Assembly: GCA_039096225.1 (NCBI GenBank)
Contig: JBBPEB010000004.1
Coordinates: 62,001-126,000 of the forward strand
Reading direction: 5' to 3'
From: Blastocystis sp. Blastoise
Lineage: Eukaryota; Protista; Bigyra: Opalinata
Length of the DNA: 64,000 nucleotides
Numbering within the stretch: the stretch's first letter is position 1; each line of letters opens with the position of its first letter. The position numbers and the translations under genes were made by a program. The notes under the pieces were generated by a model. The model was given only the letters and a program-made list of their open reading frames with translations. It made no database searches and had not been told where the DNA came from. Shown piece after piece: positions 16,904 to 31,139 of this stretch.

Positions 16904-17944
16904 TTGTCTTTATAACAGCAATTACAGAATGAATAGGATAAAAATATTAAAAACCAATTATTTCCATTCACAATCAGTTTTATTCTGAAAACCATTTCAG
17001 TTTTCTTGGATGGCTGTTATTCATGAATAATAACCACTTTTTTCTTTATTAACATATGTGTAATATATATATTCATTATAGTATAAAACTGATGTCGTTA
17101 TGAATACTTCATTGCTTTCATTTTTTTCAGTATTTTATTACAAATTATTTTGCAGTTATATGATGTGAGGTAAACAGTTTTATTCAAATACACATAAAAG
17201 ATGCATTAGAGATTTGGAAAACTATTGATAAACTAGAATAATAACTCATATCTTCAGTTTCGTATGTTAGTAGTGACTATTTTGTTAATTTCCATATATT
17301 GAAGAGTAAATCATGTATCTGATACATTCTAGGTATATTTATGTGTCTTTGCTGCTTTGTATGAAGGCATTACTATTTAAAAACCTTAAAAGGTGATCAT
17401 TTAAAAATGTTTCTTTATTATTTTTTATACGATTTCATCATTATAATGTGACAAAAAGTAACTATTATAATTCTAGTTTACTCTTATAGATGAACGGTAA
17501 CGAATTCTATGTAAATAAAAAGATTCTATTTGTTTTATCAATTATTGTTGCTTTATTTGTTATCTATTTGCAAAAGAAGGTGGCAAACTAGCATTCTAAA
17601 TAATTTATGCAATCATTGTTTCAGATTAAGAGAAATACCCAATAATGTGTCAATTCATTATCCTTTTTATCATCTATACTTTGATGAAAATAATAATATT
17701 TATTAAATATAGTGAATATCTTAAGACATTATACTGCTTGATATTGTTGATAACAAACCCATTTGACCAACTTTCTTTTTTTACATTGACAGATTCATTT
17801 GAATATTATTTGAAGTCATCCTATTGCTAGATTGCATATTATAGCATAAAATATAATTGATAAATTCTAAGATCCTATGACTTTTGCAAAAAAGTAAAAT
17901 GATTATTCTTTTATTTCTATTTATTTCTGTATTCAATCCAACAA

Positions 17945-20184
17945 ATGAATATTATTCTGTTAGTTATTCTTATATGTGTAATTCCTACATATACTCTTGC
18001 AGCTATAATGTTTGGTGATGTTAATGGGTAATTGTTGTTCTTATTTGTAATATTTCTATAGAAATAATTTCTTAGATCGTTCTAAATATTTTCTAATGTT
18101 GTTTGTATTTGGGAATATCAAGTATATATGAAATATGATAAGCATTAAGTGTCATTTAGAAAGTTAATTGCGCTTCTTTTTGGAAAACGTATTGCGAATG
18201 GTGTTTCTCGTCTCTTTGAGTCCATTTTTTTTGGCGCAACTCCAACTGTTCAAGTATTTTTTTATGATTTCCTATGAAATCTGGCATACTATTGTTATAT
18301 TCACTAGAAGTCATATATAATTTATGCTATTCTATGTAATACTATAGATTATACATGCTTTTGTATTATGTGCTATTGAATATGGAGCTTACACAAGTGT
18401 TTTCCCCTTATTTGGTTCAGGATCCAGTCAGCCTTATATTTGGTCCTTCTTAATATTAAGTTGCTTTCTAATAGCTCTTCTCTGTTCTCTAACAGATCCT
18501 GGAGTGGTTACGAAAGATACAATTGATAAGTATATATATATATAATTATATATTGTCAATATCTCTTTTTTTTTCATAATCAGTCACATAAAGAATAATG
18601 CTCCTATTTTATAAATAATTAGAATCAATGATTATATTGTTTGATAATAGAGTTATCCTTTTATTATTCTATATTCTTATAGAATGATCCAAGTGTTTCC
18701 TTACGACGATTTACTATATAAAGAAAACAATGAATGTAGAACATGTCATGTATATATATATATATATATAGTATTCATTTGGTTGTATTATGCTTTTAAA
18801 TAAAGATATTATTGACTGTTATTATGAATAACTATCATTAATTATAAATTATAATAAAAATAAATATATATTATTATGACTAACATCATTATATATATAT
18901 ATAATTATTTTTATATATTAAAATAATTAAGCATCATTAATTATATGTAATTATCATATAAATAGTTCATAGTATTTCTATTATTCTATTGTTTCTGTCT
19001 TTAGCTTCCTAAGCCTGCTCGATCCAAACACTGTAGTCTCTGTAACCGATGTGTATATAAGTTTGACCATCATTGTGTCTGGGTCAATAATGACATTGGA
19101 CTCTATAACTATAAGTATTTCTTATTCTATTTATGGATTCATATGATTTCCTGTATCTATGTTTGTTTATCGTCACTATATCTCTTGGCCAAGATCAGCA
19201 AGGCTTATGGACTATTTGAGGTCACATACTATGACGCAGCAGTAGGTCATAATGTACATGCATCAACTTCCGTTATACTTATTGTATTTATCTTCTATAT
19301 ATGTATTCTATATATTTTATTTATCTTATTGTCTTTCTACTTACTAATATTCTTGTTTTCATTTTATTGAATATTCTAATGTATGTATATATAATTGATT
19401 TCTTTCAATATATATTACTTATTTTATTATATATCGTTTTTTTAATTTATATATCACTTATTTAATTTATTATATATCACTTATTTTATTTTACTATATA
19501 TCATTTATTTCACTTTATTATATATCATTTATTTAATTTATTTATCACTTATTTTACTTTATCATATATCATTATTTAATTTATTATTTATATACTTACA
19601 GTGGCTTCTTCAACACTATCAGATTCTGTGTTGTATCTTTTTAACCACGGGTTTATTCGCTGTATGTCTTCTTCTCTTCTTCTTTCTTCATATCGGATAT
19701 ATATTCAAAAACCAAACAACAAATGAAGTTGCTAAGTGGTACTCTATTAATTATGTATATATAAATTACTTTTATAATTATATACAGTTATAGTATTATA
19801 TTTAGTATTAATTTTATATGTATATAGAACTTCTGGCATTTCCAAAATAAAAGTATATCTCTAATTACTATTCTATTTGGCTTTAATATATAGAACTATA
19901 TAATTTATTTATTTGTTTAGATTGGTTTAATTATATATTTGGAATTTATCCAAGGGATTATCCACAACATATGTATATATATATTTATTTATATTTATAT
20001 TTATATTTTATATCACTTTCCAATATATATATATAAACATATTCTTTTTAAATAATTATTTCTTTCATGCTCTCTCTCCCTATATATATATAGTTATAAT
20101 CATGGCCTTCTCAGTACCTTATGTGAAGTAGTCTTTCCTTCTTTCTATATATCACGAATCTTAGTTCATAACAAGACGGATTAG
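17945..20184 (+). CDS. DHHC palmitoyltransferase (Swf1/ZDHHC4-like)
   Basis: [47 protein letters not shown] and YNHG motifs across 9 GT-AG-joined exons; TAG 20182-20184. Confidence 0.92.
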
Positions 20185-20282
20185 TATTATTTCACGAGTC
20201 CCATTATAGTCATCATTCACTGTTTTCTATTAACTATATAATTATTCTCGTCTTCTTTTCAGTATATAGATAATGCCAACTT

Positions 20283-20475
20283 CAGTGCCTTCCCGACTTT
20301 TTGTGACACTTGCGGTGACTTTTTTTGACAGTCACATAAAGTCTCTTTAAGTCAGACTTAATATGCCTTAATATAATAATAAATATTTTTACACTGTCAA
20401 AAATTAACAAAAGTGTCACATTTTTCTGTGACAATTGCGGCACCGCAAAAAAAAAGGGCCTTTTGGAAGTCACTG
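20283..20475. mobile_element. 193-bp non-autonomous hAT-type MITE
   Basis: 11-bp TIRs CAGTGCCTTCC (20283-20293) and GGAAGTCACTG (20465-20475) with one mismatch; perfect 8-bp flanking duplication GCCAACTT (20275-20282, 20476-20483); repeated TGAC/GTCA subterminal motifs; GC above background. Confidence 0.88.
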
Positions 20476-20856
20476 GCCAACTTGTTAATTATTATCGTTT
20501 CATTGTAACTCTTGATTTGTTACTATATGTTTATATATGCATATTGTTTTTCAATAGTAATTCTGAATACTATTATTCTTTTCAATCATATAAAAACAAA
20601 ACATAACTTGAGAAATCAACAACAATTACAAATAATATATAAATGCATATATTAATAGCAATAATATTAAATTTAAAAATATTTGCTTAAAAAAACATCA
20701 CATTTGTGGTGTTATGCGTGGCAAATAAATAAATATATATATATACATATGTTTGTTAAAAAAAGGATAAAAAGTAATGAAGCGAGAAATTCAAAAAAAA
20801 AAAAGGAACACTGACAAAAAATTAGTTAGTATATAATAAGAATATTATGAATAAAA

Positions 20857-22574
20857 TTAATTGGATTGCTCTTCTTTAGGTTGAGCAGATCTATTGTTAT
20901 TGTAATTATTATTATTATTATTATAACGATTATTATTATAGCCATTGTTATTGTAATTGTTATATCTTCTATTTCCATTACGATCTATATATATATAATG
21001 TATATATATAGGAGAAGAGTAGTAATAATAATATAAATATATATACATCTGTAGTTATTTCTCTTCTTGTTTACAGCAATAGCACCGAAAGTCTCGTTAT
21101 TGATACTCTTATCTAAGAAACGTTCATTCCTATAGATAAAGAATGATCAATACATATAAATATAACTAATAAATACATATATAAATAATAAATACATATA
21201 TAAATAATAAATACATATATAAATAATAAATACATATATAAATAATAAATACATATATAAATAATAATTACATATATAAATAATAATTACATATATAAAT
21301 AATAAATACATATATAAATAATAAATACATAAATAAATAATAAATACATAAATAAATAATAAATATATAAATAAATAATAAATACATATATAAATAATAA
21401 ATACATATATAAATAATAAATACATATATAAATAATAAATACATATATATACTTCTTTTCATCATCAACTCTAAGATTATCAAAGAAACTATTTTTATTA
21501 TATTTAGATTCATCAGAGATATTTTGTTCCTTTTCCTTTTCTTCTTCAAACTTTTGAGTTTCTTCCACATAATCATATTCTTCTTGCTCTTCGGCGGGTT
21601 CACCGGCCTCTGTCTTCTTCTTATCCATCAAATAATTAGCATCACCTGGACGAGCACCCTATGTATATAGATAAACAGTAGCATAAGAAGTATAAGAAGC
21701 AAAGAGATAATATTAATATATACATTATTATAACGTCTGGGTCTATAACCATTTCTATTGTTGTAATTATTATTGTTATTATAGTTATTATTCTAAATCA
21801 ATAAAAAATAATAAAATAGTCTATTATATAAATAATTATATATATATATATATATACACGATAGCCATTGTTATTATAATTATTACGTTGATAATTATTT
21901 CTACGTTGATAAGAATTATTGACTTGTTTCTTATCGTTATTTTCCTCATTATTATTGGTTTCGGTAGGAACTGGCTTCCTAGCTACTTCAGATTGCTCCT
22001 ATAAATATGTAATCAATATATAATAAATAAAATAAGAATATATAATAAATAAAATAAATAAAATAAATAAAATAATAATATATAATAAATAAAATAATAA
22101 TATAAATAAATAGAATAATAATATATAATAAATAGAATGAATAAAGCAGATAGACATACAGGAACTTCTTCTTTAACTCCGCCCATAGACACAATACTTG
22201 GATCATCAATAGCATTAGGCTATATAATATACATATATATAAAATATAAATAATAAAAACCAAAAATAAATAATAAATAAAAAAAAAACCAAAAAAAAAA
22301 ATAAAAATAAACATACTTTGCCTTTTAATTTTAAGTCTTTGATACTATTACCTTTAAAGATAATATAATCATAGACATTATTGGAAGCAGGAACAAATTT
22401 TTCAGCTTCACGATCTTCAGTACCAAAAACTCTTACATTTTGTAAGGTAACAGTAGAAGCTTCACTATCGAAAGCAAAGATAATACCTTCGTATCTAATT
22501 TCACTTTTGGAAATAAGAGATATTAAAGAACCAATGAGCTCAATTTGAGAGTCAGCAGATGTCTGTTCAGCCAT
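20857..22574 (-). CDS. LSM14: Lsm14/Scd6/RAP55 family mRNP protein
   Basis: [18 protein letters not shown]...VRVFGTEDR...[14 protein letters not shown] (LSm14 domain), followed by an FDF-like YDY, SFFDNL and NNETFG motifs, with N/Y/R-rich linkers; all junctions GT-AG. Confidence 0.92.
21170..21445 (-). repeat. Intronic 19-bp minisatellite (ATAAATAATAAATACATAT on +)
   Basis: Tandem units visible inside an Lsm14 intron. Confidence 0.85.
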
Positions 22575-23300
22575 GATCTAATTCTTAATAAAATGCTTAT
22601 TTAGCAAACAATAGGATTAGTTCTTAGTGAAAAACAAGTATTGATTCGAAATTTTATTATAGAATGAGTTTTGTAGAGAATATCTGTTTTGCCGTTATTC
22701 CCGATTATTCTTCGATTCTCTCCATAATAGAGAAAGTATTTCCGATTATTCTTTTTCAAAAATAATCAGTATTTTTTCAAATTTCTCTTTTTTTTGCATC
22801 AATGATATATTCAGGGTCTTACGGTAATTATCCAAGAGATATTCAATAAATCACTGAAAATTGTTTATCTATCCTATGAAATGGAATTCAGGTTATAACA
22901 TTGTAGACAGTCTGTTTATGTGTATTAGATATACCTAATCATTAATAATAATTTATTTACAAACTATCTTAAGGTATTTTTCATTAATATAAAATGTTTA
23001 AAATGGGTCATAAACAAAATGTAGTGAAATCATATTATAACTTATACATCAAAAACATTTTTAATTGAGTTATCCTATAAAATGTGATGCGTGAAATACA
23101 GTCATATTTTTATAAAAATTATTATAGTCATATAACTAACTATAAGTTAAAAAAAATATATAGCTGGACGTTTCTATTAGTTTTTGTAAAAATATATTTT
23201 TTCTTTATTACAACGATTAAGTATATTTTATTTTTATATCATCCTGTCGAACTTATTTCATAATAGTATATTCGTTTGTATTAGTTATATAGATTACAAA

Positions 23301-23586
23301 ATGAAAGTCACCCAATCTTACCCTTTTATGTTTGGAAAGGTTTTATCCAATTCATTTGGTTTTCTTTTTGAAAAAGAAATAGATAGAACTCTAGCTTTAT
23401 ATTTGATAATTGCTCTCTTCATTCAGATATTTCTTATCTGTCTGATATGGTATTGCTTCTCCGAGACTTTTGCTAAAGCAGGTGTTGAAAATCAAGAAAA
23501 ATGTATTTTATTAATATAATTATATATATATATATAATTATATAATTATATTTCTAGACACTAGTAATCATGAGAAAACAGATTAA
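23301..23586 (+). CDS. Small single-pass membrane protein (about 76 aa)
   Basis: One hydrophobic segment LALYLIIALFIQIFLICLIWYCF; GT-AG intron; short last exon YTSNHEKTD*. Confidence 0.55.
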
Positions 23587-23817
23587 GATATTTATAATTA
23601 TTTATTTAGATTATTAATGGTTCAATTTAAAATAAAAGTTATTTTGCATCATATATATTTAAAAACAAAACAAAACAAAACAACATACATATATTTATGT
23701 GAATAATAAACAGTATTTTAGAGAAAATAGATAAAATATGAATAGAAGCAATAATACAAATAAATAGAATAAAAAATAACAAAAGTAACAACAAATAAAT
23801 AAAAGAAGAAAAATAGA

Positions 23818-24903
23818 TTATTCAATACATTTTAATGTATATAGCGTATTCATATTATTAAACCAGTTTATCGTTTTGATATTTGATAACACACCTACTT
23901 GATCAATTAACTATATATATATATATTGATAGCAGTAGAAACAAAATGTAATAATATGTTTTATTATAGTTATGTATATAAAGTAGATTACTTGAAGAGG
24001 TCGAAGTGCTCCATATAAACAAATGTCAATAAGACCTGGTTTACTACCTGCTAAATAGACTTCATCCTCTATGTTCTTACTATATAATCGATCAGCAATT
24101 TCAGCACCAATAACAGAAATAGGATAATCAGAACTAGTTGCGTAACTCAATGTTAACGCTTTTCGTCCATTAAATTGGAATTTCAAGAAAAACCATAAGG
24201 GGATGCAATATCTATAAATGTATCGATCTAGAAATCCAATAGGATTATTGATATTATTTACATAACTATACAACATTCTATATATTTATAATGTTATAAT
24301 TAGTCTTTATTCTAGAAAGAATAAAAATATATATAATAAAAATATATATAATAATAATAAATATAATAATAAATATAATAATAAATATAATAATAAATAT
24401 AATAATAAATATAATAATAATTATAATAATAATAAATATAATAATAAATATATAATTACCTTGGGAAATTAGTATTTTTACCTAAATAGAGTGTGACTGA
24501 AGGTTCTACATTTTTATTTATATAATTAATCCATGAAATCTCATTGGTACTTAAATCTCTATTTTGAGTTTGTTTCACATAAGTTCTATTATTAATATAG
24601 AATTATATGTATAAAAAAATAGCAACATAAATAAAAAGAAAAAAAAACTTACTGAATAATTTTTTTAATATCAGAATTTAAAATTTGTTTTTGATTTTCT
24701 TTTGAGGCTACAACCGGTAGTGATTTATGACCATATATTTTAAACATTCCTGACTTAAAAGGACTCACATTAACTGGAGAAAAAGGAATTCCATAAAATT
24801 TTAGAAATACAGATAATTCTTCATGAAGAGGACTAAAGGATTTTATTTAATATAGAATATAAATAAAATATTACTTGCCAATAATTCGATAAAGTTTGTT
24901 CAT
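23818..24903 (-). CDS. Glutaredoxin/GST-fold protein, PTGES2 (mPGES-2)-like
   Basis: MNKLYRIIGNPLHEELSVFLKFYGIPF...SLPVV N-domain and YLAGSKPGLIDICLYGALRPL GST-C motif; 5 exons. Confidence 0.65.
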
Positions 24904-25428
24904 GACAATAATTATGCTATAAAATAATCAAATTCATATGAAGAATGCTTATATGCTTATATAGTATAATAAAATACTTTAAAGAAATAAAAAGAAGTCT
25001 TTTATTTAGTTATTTGACAACAAACATAAATCTGATTCTTTTTCAAAAGAACCAGGAATATTTCTGTTTCAATACGGATTTTTTTTGTTTTTTTCGTTTT
25101 GTTGAAAAGATATTTCAATTGATTCTTATTTTTATTGATATGAATAGCATATTCAGTGAAAAACAAGATGTAACAATTCTAAAACTTGATATATGTATTA
25201 AAATTAATTTATATATTAAAAAGGATTATTCAATGCGTTATTTACAACAATAAAACATAGATTTGTAGTATATGTAAGAGATAATCAATATAAATGATCG
25301 TTAAAAACCATGTATTACGTTTATTCATGAAAAAAACGAAATAATTGGGATAAAAAATAGACAAAAAACTAATATATATGTAAATATATATCATTATACA
25401 TAATACTAAATAAAGAAATGTAAATAAA

Positions 25429-25431
<3 letters not shown>

Positions 25432-25509
<78 letters not shown>
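25432..25509. repeat. (TA)n tract immediately after a stop codon
   Basis: About 39 TA units abutting the TAA of the WD40-like gene. Confidence 0.95.
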
Positions 25510-25513
<4 letters not shown>

Positions 25514-27309
25514 TCTAGGCATATTTCATCATCTCCTTCATGTTTGCGTTTGACGCTGGTCAGTTTGAATACATCGTCTATGTTATAGATGATATCCAGA
25601 TGACCGGCTATACCAAGATAGAATAACGTCGATGATTCTTGTTGAATACAGATTGAAGAACATTTAGAAGCTCCTCGAATAGTGTTATAACAGAGATCTT
25701 CATAATTAGTATTCTTCTTATCCTCTTTTTCTATTTGTTTGATAGTATATCGAATTAATTCATTATCATCACCTGCTACAAATATATCCTTATCATCCTT
25801 TATACAAATATACTCTCCATGAGACCGAATGGGAGCTTTCCATCTATATATATAAAGAAGGTAAGAAAGAAGTATAGTTTATGAATACTATTCTATTATA
25901 AATTCTTCAATAGTATATATATAATAGGCAATAATGAATAAAAATAAATAATAATTAATTAAAAAGAAATAATAAAATAAAAAGAAATAATAAAACAAAA
26001 AGAAATGATAATAAAATTGAAAAAATAAATATATAAATAAATAAAAAAATAAAACTAAAGAATACAAATACCTATTAATAATATTCCAAGAATGAATATC
26101 AATATTATAAATAGACTTTTCTTTTTGATAAACTAACACACATTTATCGAATTTCGAGGATATATCAAAGTCAGTGATAAGACTTGTGTGATATGTATGT
26201 TTTTGTTCTTCTTCTTCTTTGTCTTTCAATTTCAAGGATTGTAATGAAGAAGAAGAGAGAAGAGAAACACTAGTAAATTGAGGTCCTTCTGCAATATAGA
26301 GTTGAGGGAAAAGCATATCATTGGTATATATATGCTTAGGGTAATAGGTAGTATGGATAATATGAATACATTCATGGAGATCCGTGTCGTATATATATAC
26401 ACAACGAGAAGTGGAATGACTTACACATATCTATAATAAATATAATAAATATAATAATAATAATAATAAATATATAAATATAAAAAATAATAAATATAAT
26501 AAATATAATAAATATAATAAATATAATAAATATAATAAATATAATAAATATAATAAATATAATAAATATAATAAATATAATAAATATAATAAATATAATA
26601 AATATAATAAATATAATAAATATAATAAATATAATAAATATAATAAATATAATAAATATAATAAATATAATAAATATAATAATAAATATAATAAATATAA
26701 TAAATATAATAAATATAATAAATATATAATAAATATAATAAATATAATAAATATATAATAAATATAATAAATATACATATTTTCCATTTTGGCAAAAGGT
26801 GATATCTACATTACCACTTTCCATGGAAGTACTTTTAAAAATAAGAATACAATCAGTATTACATATATCATTCTCACTATTATAATCCATAATATATAGA
26901 TTCGCATATTTATCAGCTATCACAAATTTTTCTATATAAGTATATATATAAGGAGAATTATCTACTGAGTATTGATGAAAATACTATATGAATCAATTAT
27001 AGCATGAAAATCTTTTCAAATACCTTGTTGATTCTTTCCAACGATGTACTTAATAGATTGAATTGTATTCTGACAAGTATATAATTGTTTGGAAATCAAT
27101 GCTTGTGATGCTATTTGATGATTTGATTCTAAACGTTTAATATCATCAACAACATCTTCATATTTTGGAAAACAAGCACAATAAAATGATTTATCGCTTG
27201 AGAAGAACACTTTTCTTGAAGATGGATGGCATACCAAGTTCTTCGTGTTGTATTTGAATTTATTAGAATTTCCACTGTTGTCTTGTGTAAATAATTCACA
27301 ACGAAGCAT
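25510..27309 (-). CDS. Beta-propeller (WD40-like) protein
   Basis: Four in-frame GT-AG-joined exons with repeated beta-strand blocks (VDITFCQNGKYICVSH, ITDFDISS, IYSICIK, IFVAGDDNEL). Confidence 0.55.
26432..26770 (-). repeat. Intronic 9-mer microsatellite (ATTTATTAT)n
   Basis: Visible tandem array; source of the FII/YYI ORFs. Confidence 0.9.
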
Positions 27310-28010
27310 TGTAATAGAAGAATATAATGCAAAATGAATTTTTTATAGAATAGAAAACTGTTTTTCATGGTTTTTCTATATTTTGTTTCTATTGTAAGTT
27401 TTGACATGTTCTATTCTTTAAGTATTATAAATTTATTATCTTTGTATATAAACATTGACTATACATCTATGGAGAAAAAATAGAATACATCATCGAAACA
27501 AAATCTACATTTCTTAGCTTATAATTAATTTTTATTAACGTGAATTACGGAGATATATTAGACATATATATCTTTATTCAGTAGGATGATATTTATAATA
27601 GAATTAATAGATTACTATGGGAATGTGAGTAATGATTTTAATATATAGCAAAACTAAACTCATAAAGATATTGTACAAAAAACGTATAAGAACTATAATA
27701 ATCAACTATTTAATGAAAACAAAGAGAAAAGAGAAATCTAAAAAAAAATAAATAATGATCTACTAGAATATACTATTCTTTAAATGACTAAAGAAAAGAA
27801 GAATAATGAAAAATGGTACATATAAAAATATGAATATAGAGTACAATTTAGATGAGAGAAGCCCAAAAGATATATATATATATATATAATATCAGAATGA
27901 TATAAAAGAAAAGAGAATAAAAAAGTTAAAAAAAATGTTATTTCGTATCTACGAATTATACATAATAAAAAAAGATAATTAGGATAAGTATCTGATGACT
28001 ATTTAAAGTA

Positions 28011-29669
28011 TTAAGATTGTTCTTGAGGAGATTCAATAGAACTAACATCAGGAGTATCAAGAGAATCTGTAGACAGAGTTTTACTTTTAGGAGCAACTGC
28101 TACTATAGAATAACATTATATAGAATAATTATTAATATTATATATATGTTTTTATAATGTAATGTAATAATATAATAATAATAAATATAATAAATATAAT
28201 AAATATAATAAATATAATAAATATAATAAATATAATAAATATAATAATAATAAATATAATAAATATAATAATAATAAACATAATAAAAATAATAATAATA
28301 AACATAATAAACAATATAATAAACAATATAATAAACATAAATAAATACATTCAATATCAACGGTATTCTTTTGAATTTTTTCAGCTGTTTCTTTATTAGG
28401 TGAATAAATGAAATCTGTGGCGCCTTTAGGATAATTTGAAGGATTAAGTATATAATTTAATATACAAGCAATTTGATATTCTATAGAGAATCTCATTCCT
28501 ATTTTACCCCATCCTTTCGCTATAAATATCCAAAGAGTACCAACAAAAGCTGCATAGACTATTAAGACAATTGGATTCCATAAGATTTGTTTAGTAGAGA
28601 GATCAATTGCATTTCCAAATATCAAAGAGAACCATGCAATAACATTTACACTAACAAAACCTTCTAATAAGAATGCAGAGAGAGATACAGAACTTAATTC
28701 ACGTAAAAATGTAGTTCCTTTTCTCCAAGAATATAATTGTTTTAGATTATGATTATAATCCAATTCATAATAGGAAATAAAGAAAAAAAATTGTTCTAAC
28801 GCAAGATTAATCATTAAATAACCAATGTTTTTATGATCTGCCATAACTTTATCTACAATATTATCTACTCCATCTATAAAGAAAAACATGCATCCAAAAG
28901 TAAGAAATATAACAACATTAACAACACTATAGATCCAGAATACTCTCCAACTTTTATAATAATGTAGAATGATAGAGAAACAAGCTCCAGCATATCCATA
29001 AGGGAGATATTGTCCAACCATAAATGGACCTTGAGAAATCTTATTAATTAAGATAGCTAAGAAGTATAATTCATGGTTATTAAGATAAATAACAAGAGAA
29101 TCACAGAAATCAAGAAGATAAGGAGAAGTACCCCAACTAATAATAAGTAAAGCATTTAATAAGACTAATAAGCATCGAGGATCTTTTAAAAATCGAATAG
29201 ACATAAATAGAGCAATAAATAATGGAACAAAGAATCCTGCCCAAGCAATAGCATCTGTTGTTTCACCTGTTTTATCGAACTTCAAAGTAACAAAGTCAAA
29301 TTCGAATGATTTGAAGAAACTTGAGTTATACAGAATAGTATTATATATACCTTCAAGGACTTTAAGAACTATACCAAATAGAAATCGTTTAAATAGATAA
29401 AAGAAAATCATTTTGGGTTTCGTTTCCATAATACTGATTGCACTTAATGCCGTCGTAATACCCGTACAGAAAGTGAATATTGAACCAAGTTTTCCAAGAA
29501 TCATACCAGGGAGAACAATAATATAAGTAGCAAATGATGGTAATCGATCAGCATAATTCAATAACACTTCAGAGTCCCAATTAGCAATTCCAGATAAAAC
29601 TGAATGAACAACTACCATACATAGGATTGAAATACCTTTTAAAAAGTCAATACTTACAAGACGAGCCAT
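28011..29669 (-). CDS. Multi-TM acyltransferase, DUF1624/HGSNAT-catalytic-like superfamily
   Basis: N-terminal RLVSIDFLKGISILCMVVVH motif, FTFCTG, about 11 hydrophobic segments; one long exon plus a short terminal exon (TAA 28011-28013). Confidence 0.7.
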
Positions 29670-31139
29670 TATAATATGAATAAATCAAATAAAAAATGTT
29701 TATGATCGAAATGACAAGGTAACTTTGTTTCAAGTTCAAAGAATTCTAATAGAACAATTATGAGCAAATCATATTCCTTTACATCGAAGTTCGGTGTGAT
29801 AGTCAGTTTCTAAAAGAAACGTAAGAAAATAAACTGTTTTTCTATATAGAATCGAGTTTTGTATACAGTCTTTTTGATGGAAGTCTCGATTTATTGTTTA
29901 CTGCATATAAAACAAATTATATTATTAACATAATATTCATACATCAAAATGATTTTATATTCGTTTTAACGTTTGTTTAGCGTTCAGTATTTAATCAATT
30001 TCTTTGAACAAGAATAATTGGGTGCAATCTTGTATACTAATTATTCATCAACGTTGAAAAACACAGAAAAGTACTTATGAATCAATAATAAACAATATTC
30101 AAATAATGAATCATTTCAACTAATTCTATAAAAATCAATGTTTTATAAAACATTGGAATGCCTTATATCACTTTATTATAGAAAATACATATTCGTGACT
30201 AATTTTATGATGATTACCAGAAATAAACTTGAAATGTTGACTAATCTGTCACATGAAAATTTTCTGACGGAATAGAAGCAGGCTAGACTTTAAAAATAAT
30301 TATGAGAAATATTATTTTCTGAAAGAATCAGAACAATAGAACTTGAACAACGAAAATGTTATATTCTTGTTGATATTCAAACTCTATGCTATAATTATAT
30401 ATTTACCAATAGAAGAGGAATTTATTTTAAAAAAGCAACACTCATAAAAATTCTGATAAATTCAAAAAAGAATAATAAAATGATAATTGATTAATTCACA
30501 TGATTTTTTTTGAATATGAGAATCTAATTTATTTTAATGTAGAGAGACACTAACAGTAAGTTCAGATATGAAATATTATTCATTTCTATTACATAATGAT
30601 TGATATTCTTAAATGACTTGATGAAGTAGTATACTATTAAAGTAAATATTTTAGTGTATGATAGAGAATCTAAACCAATTAAATAAAAAAGAAATAGTAT
30701 ACTTATTGTATTCCTAAATTGAATGTATAGTAGATTATTGGAAATATATATATGTATATTGATATATATACATTTCAACACTATAGATTACAAGTTAAAA
30801 GGAGCATTGAAAACATATTTCATACATTAGTGAGTCGTAATTATAAAAGAACTACTACTTACATGATAAAACGATTCGGTTTAAAATAATAGAAATGTTT
30901 CTACATTATTCTTGAATATAATTTATAAATAATCTAATAAACTATGATCGTATATTATGAAGTTATGATGACACAAGAAACGTCTAAGAACTATTAAAAA
31001 ATTCCCAAGAACATTTTCTCAAATATCCCTTTATTTTGATTTTGATTTGTGATTGACTGAATCAAAAAAAAAATTAATAAATTTCTTTACCTCTTTTTTT
31101 CTACAAAAAGAATAAAATTAACGTATAAGTGTTGGCATT

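Noticed and set aside
20282-20473. 63-aa ORF inside the MITE
   Set aside because: Non-ATG start and no transposase motif; a chance open frame in higher-GC sequence.
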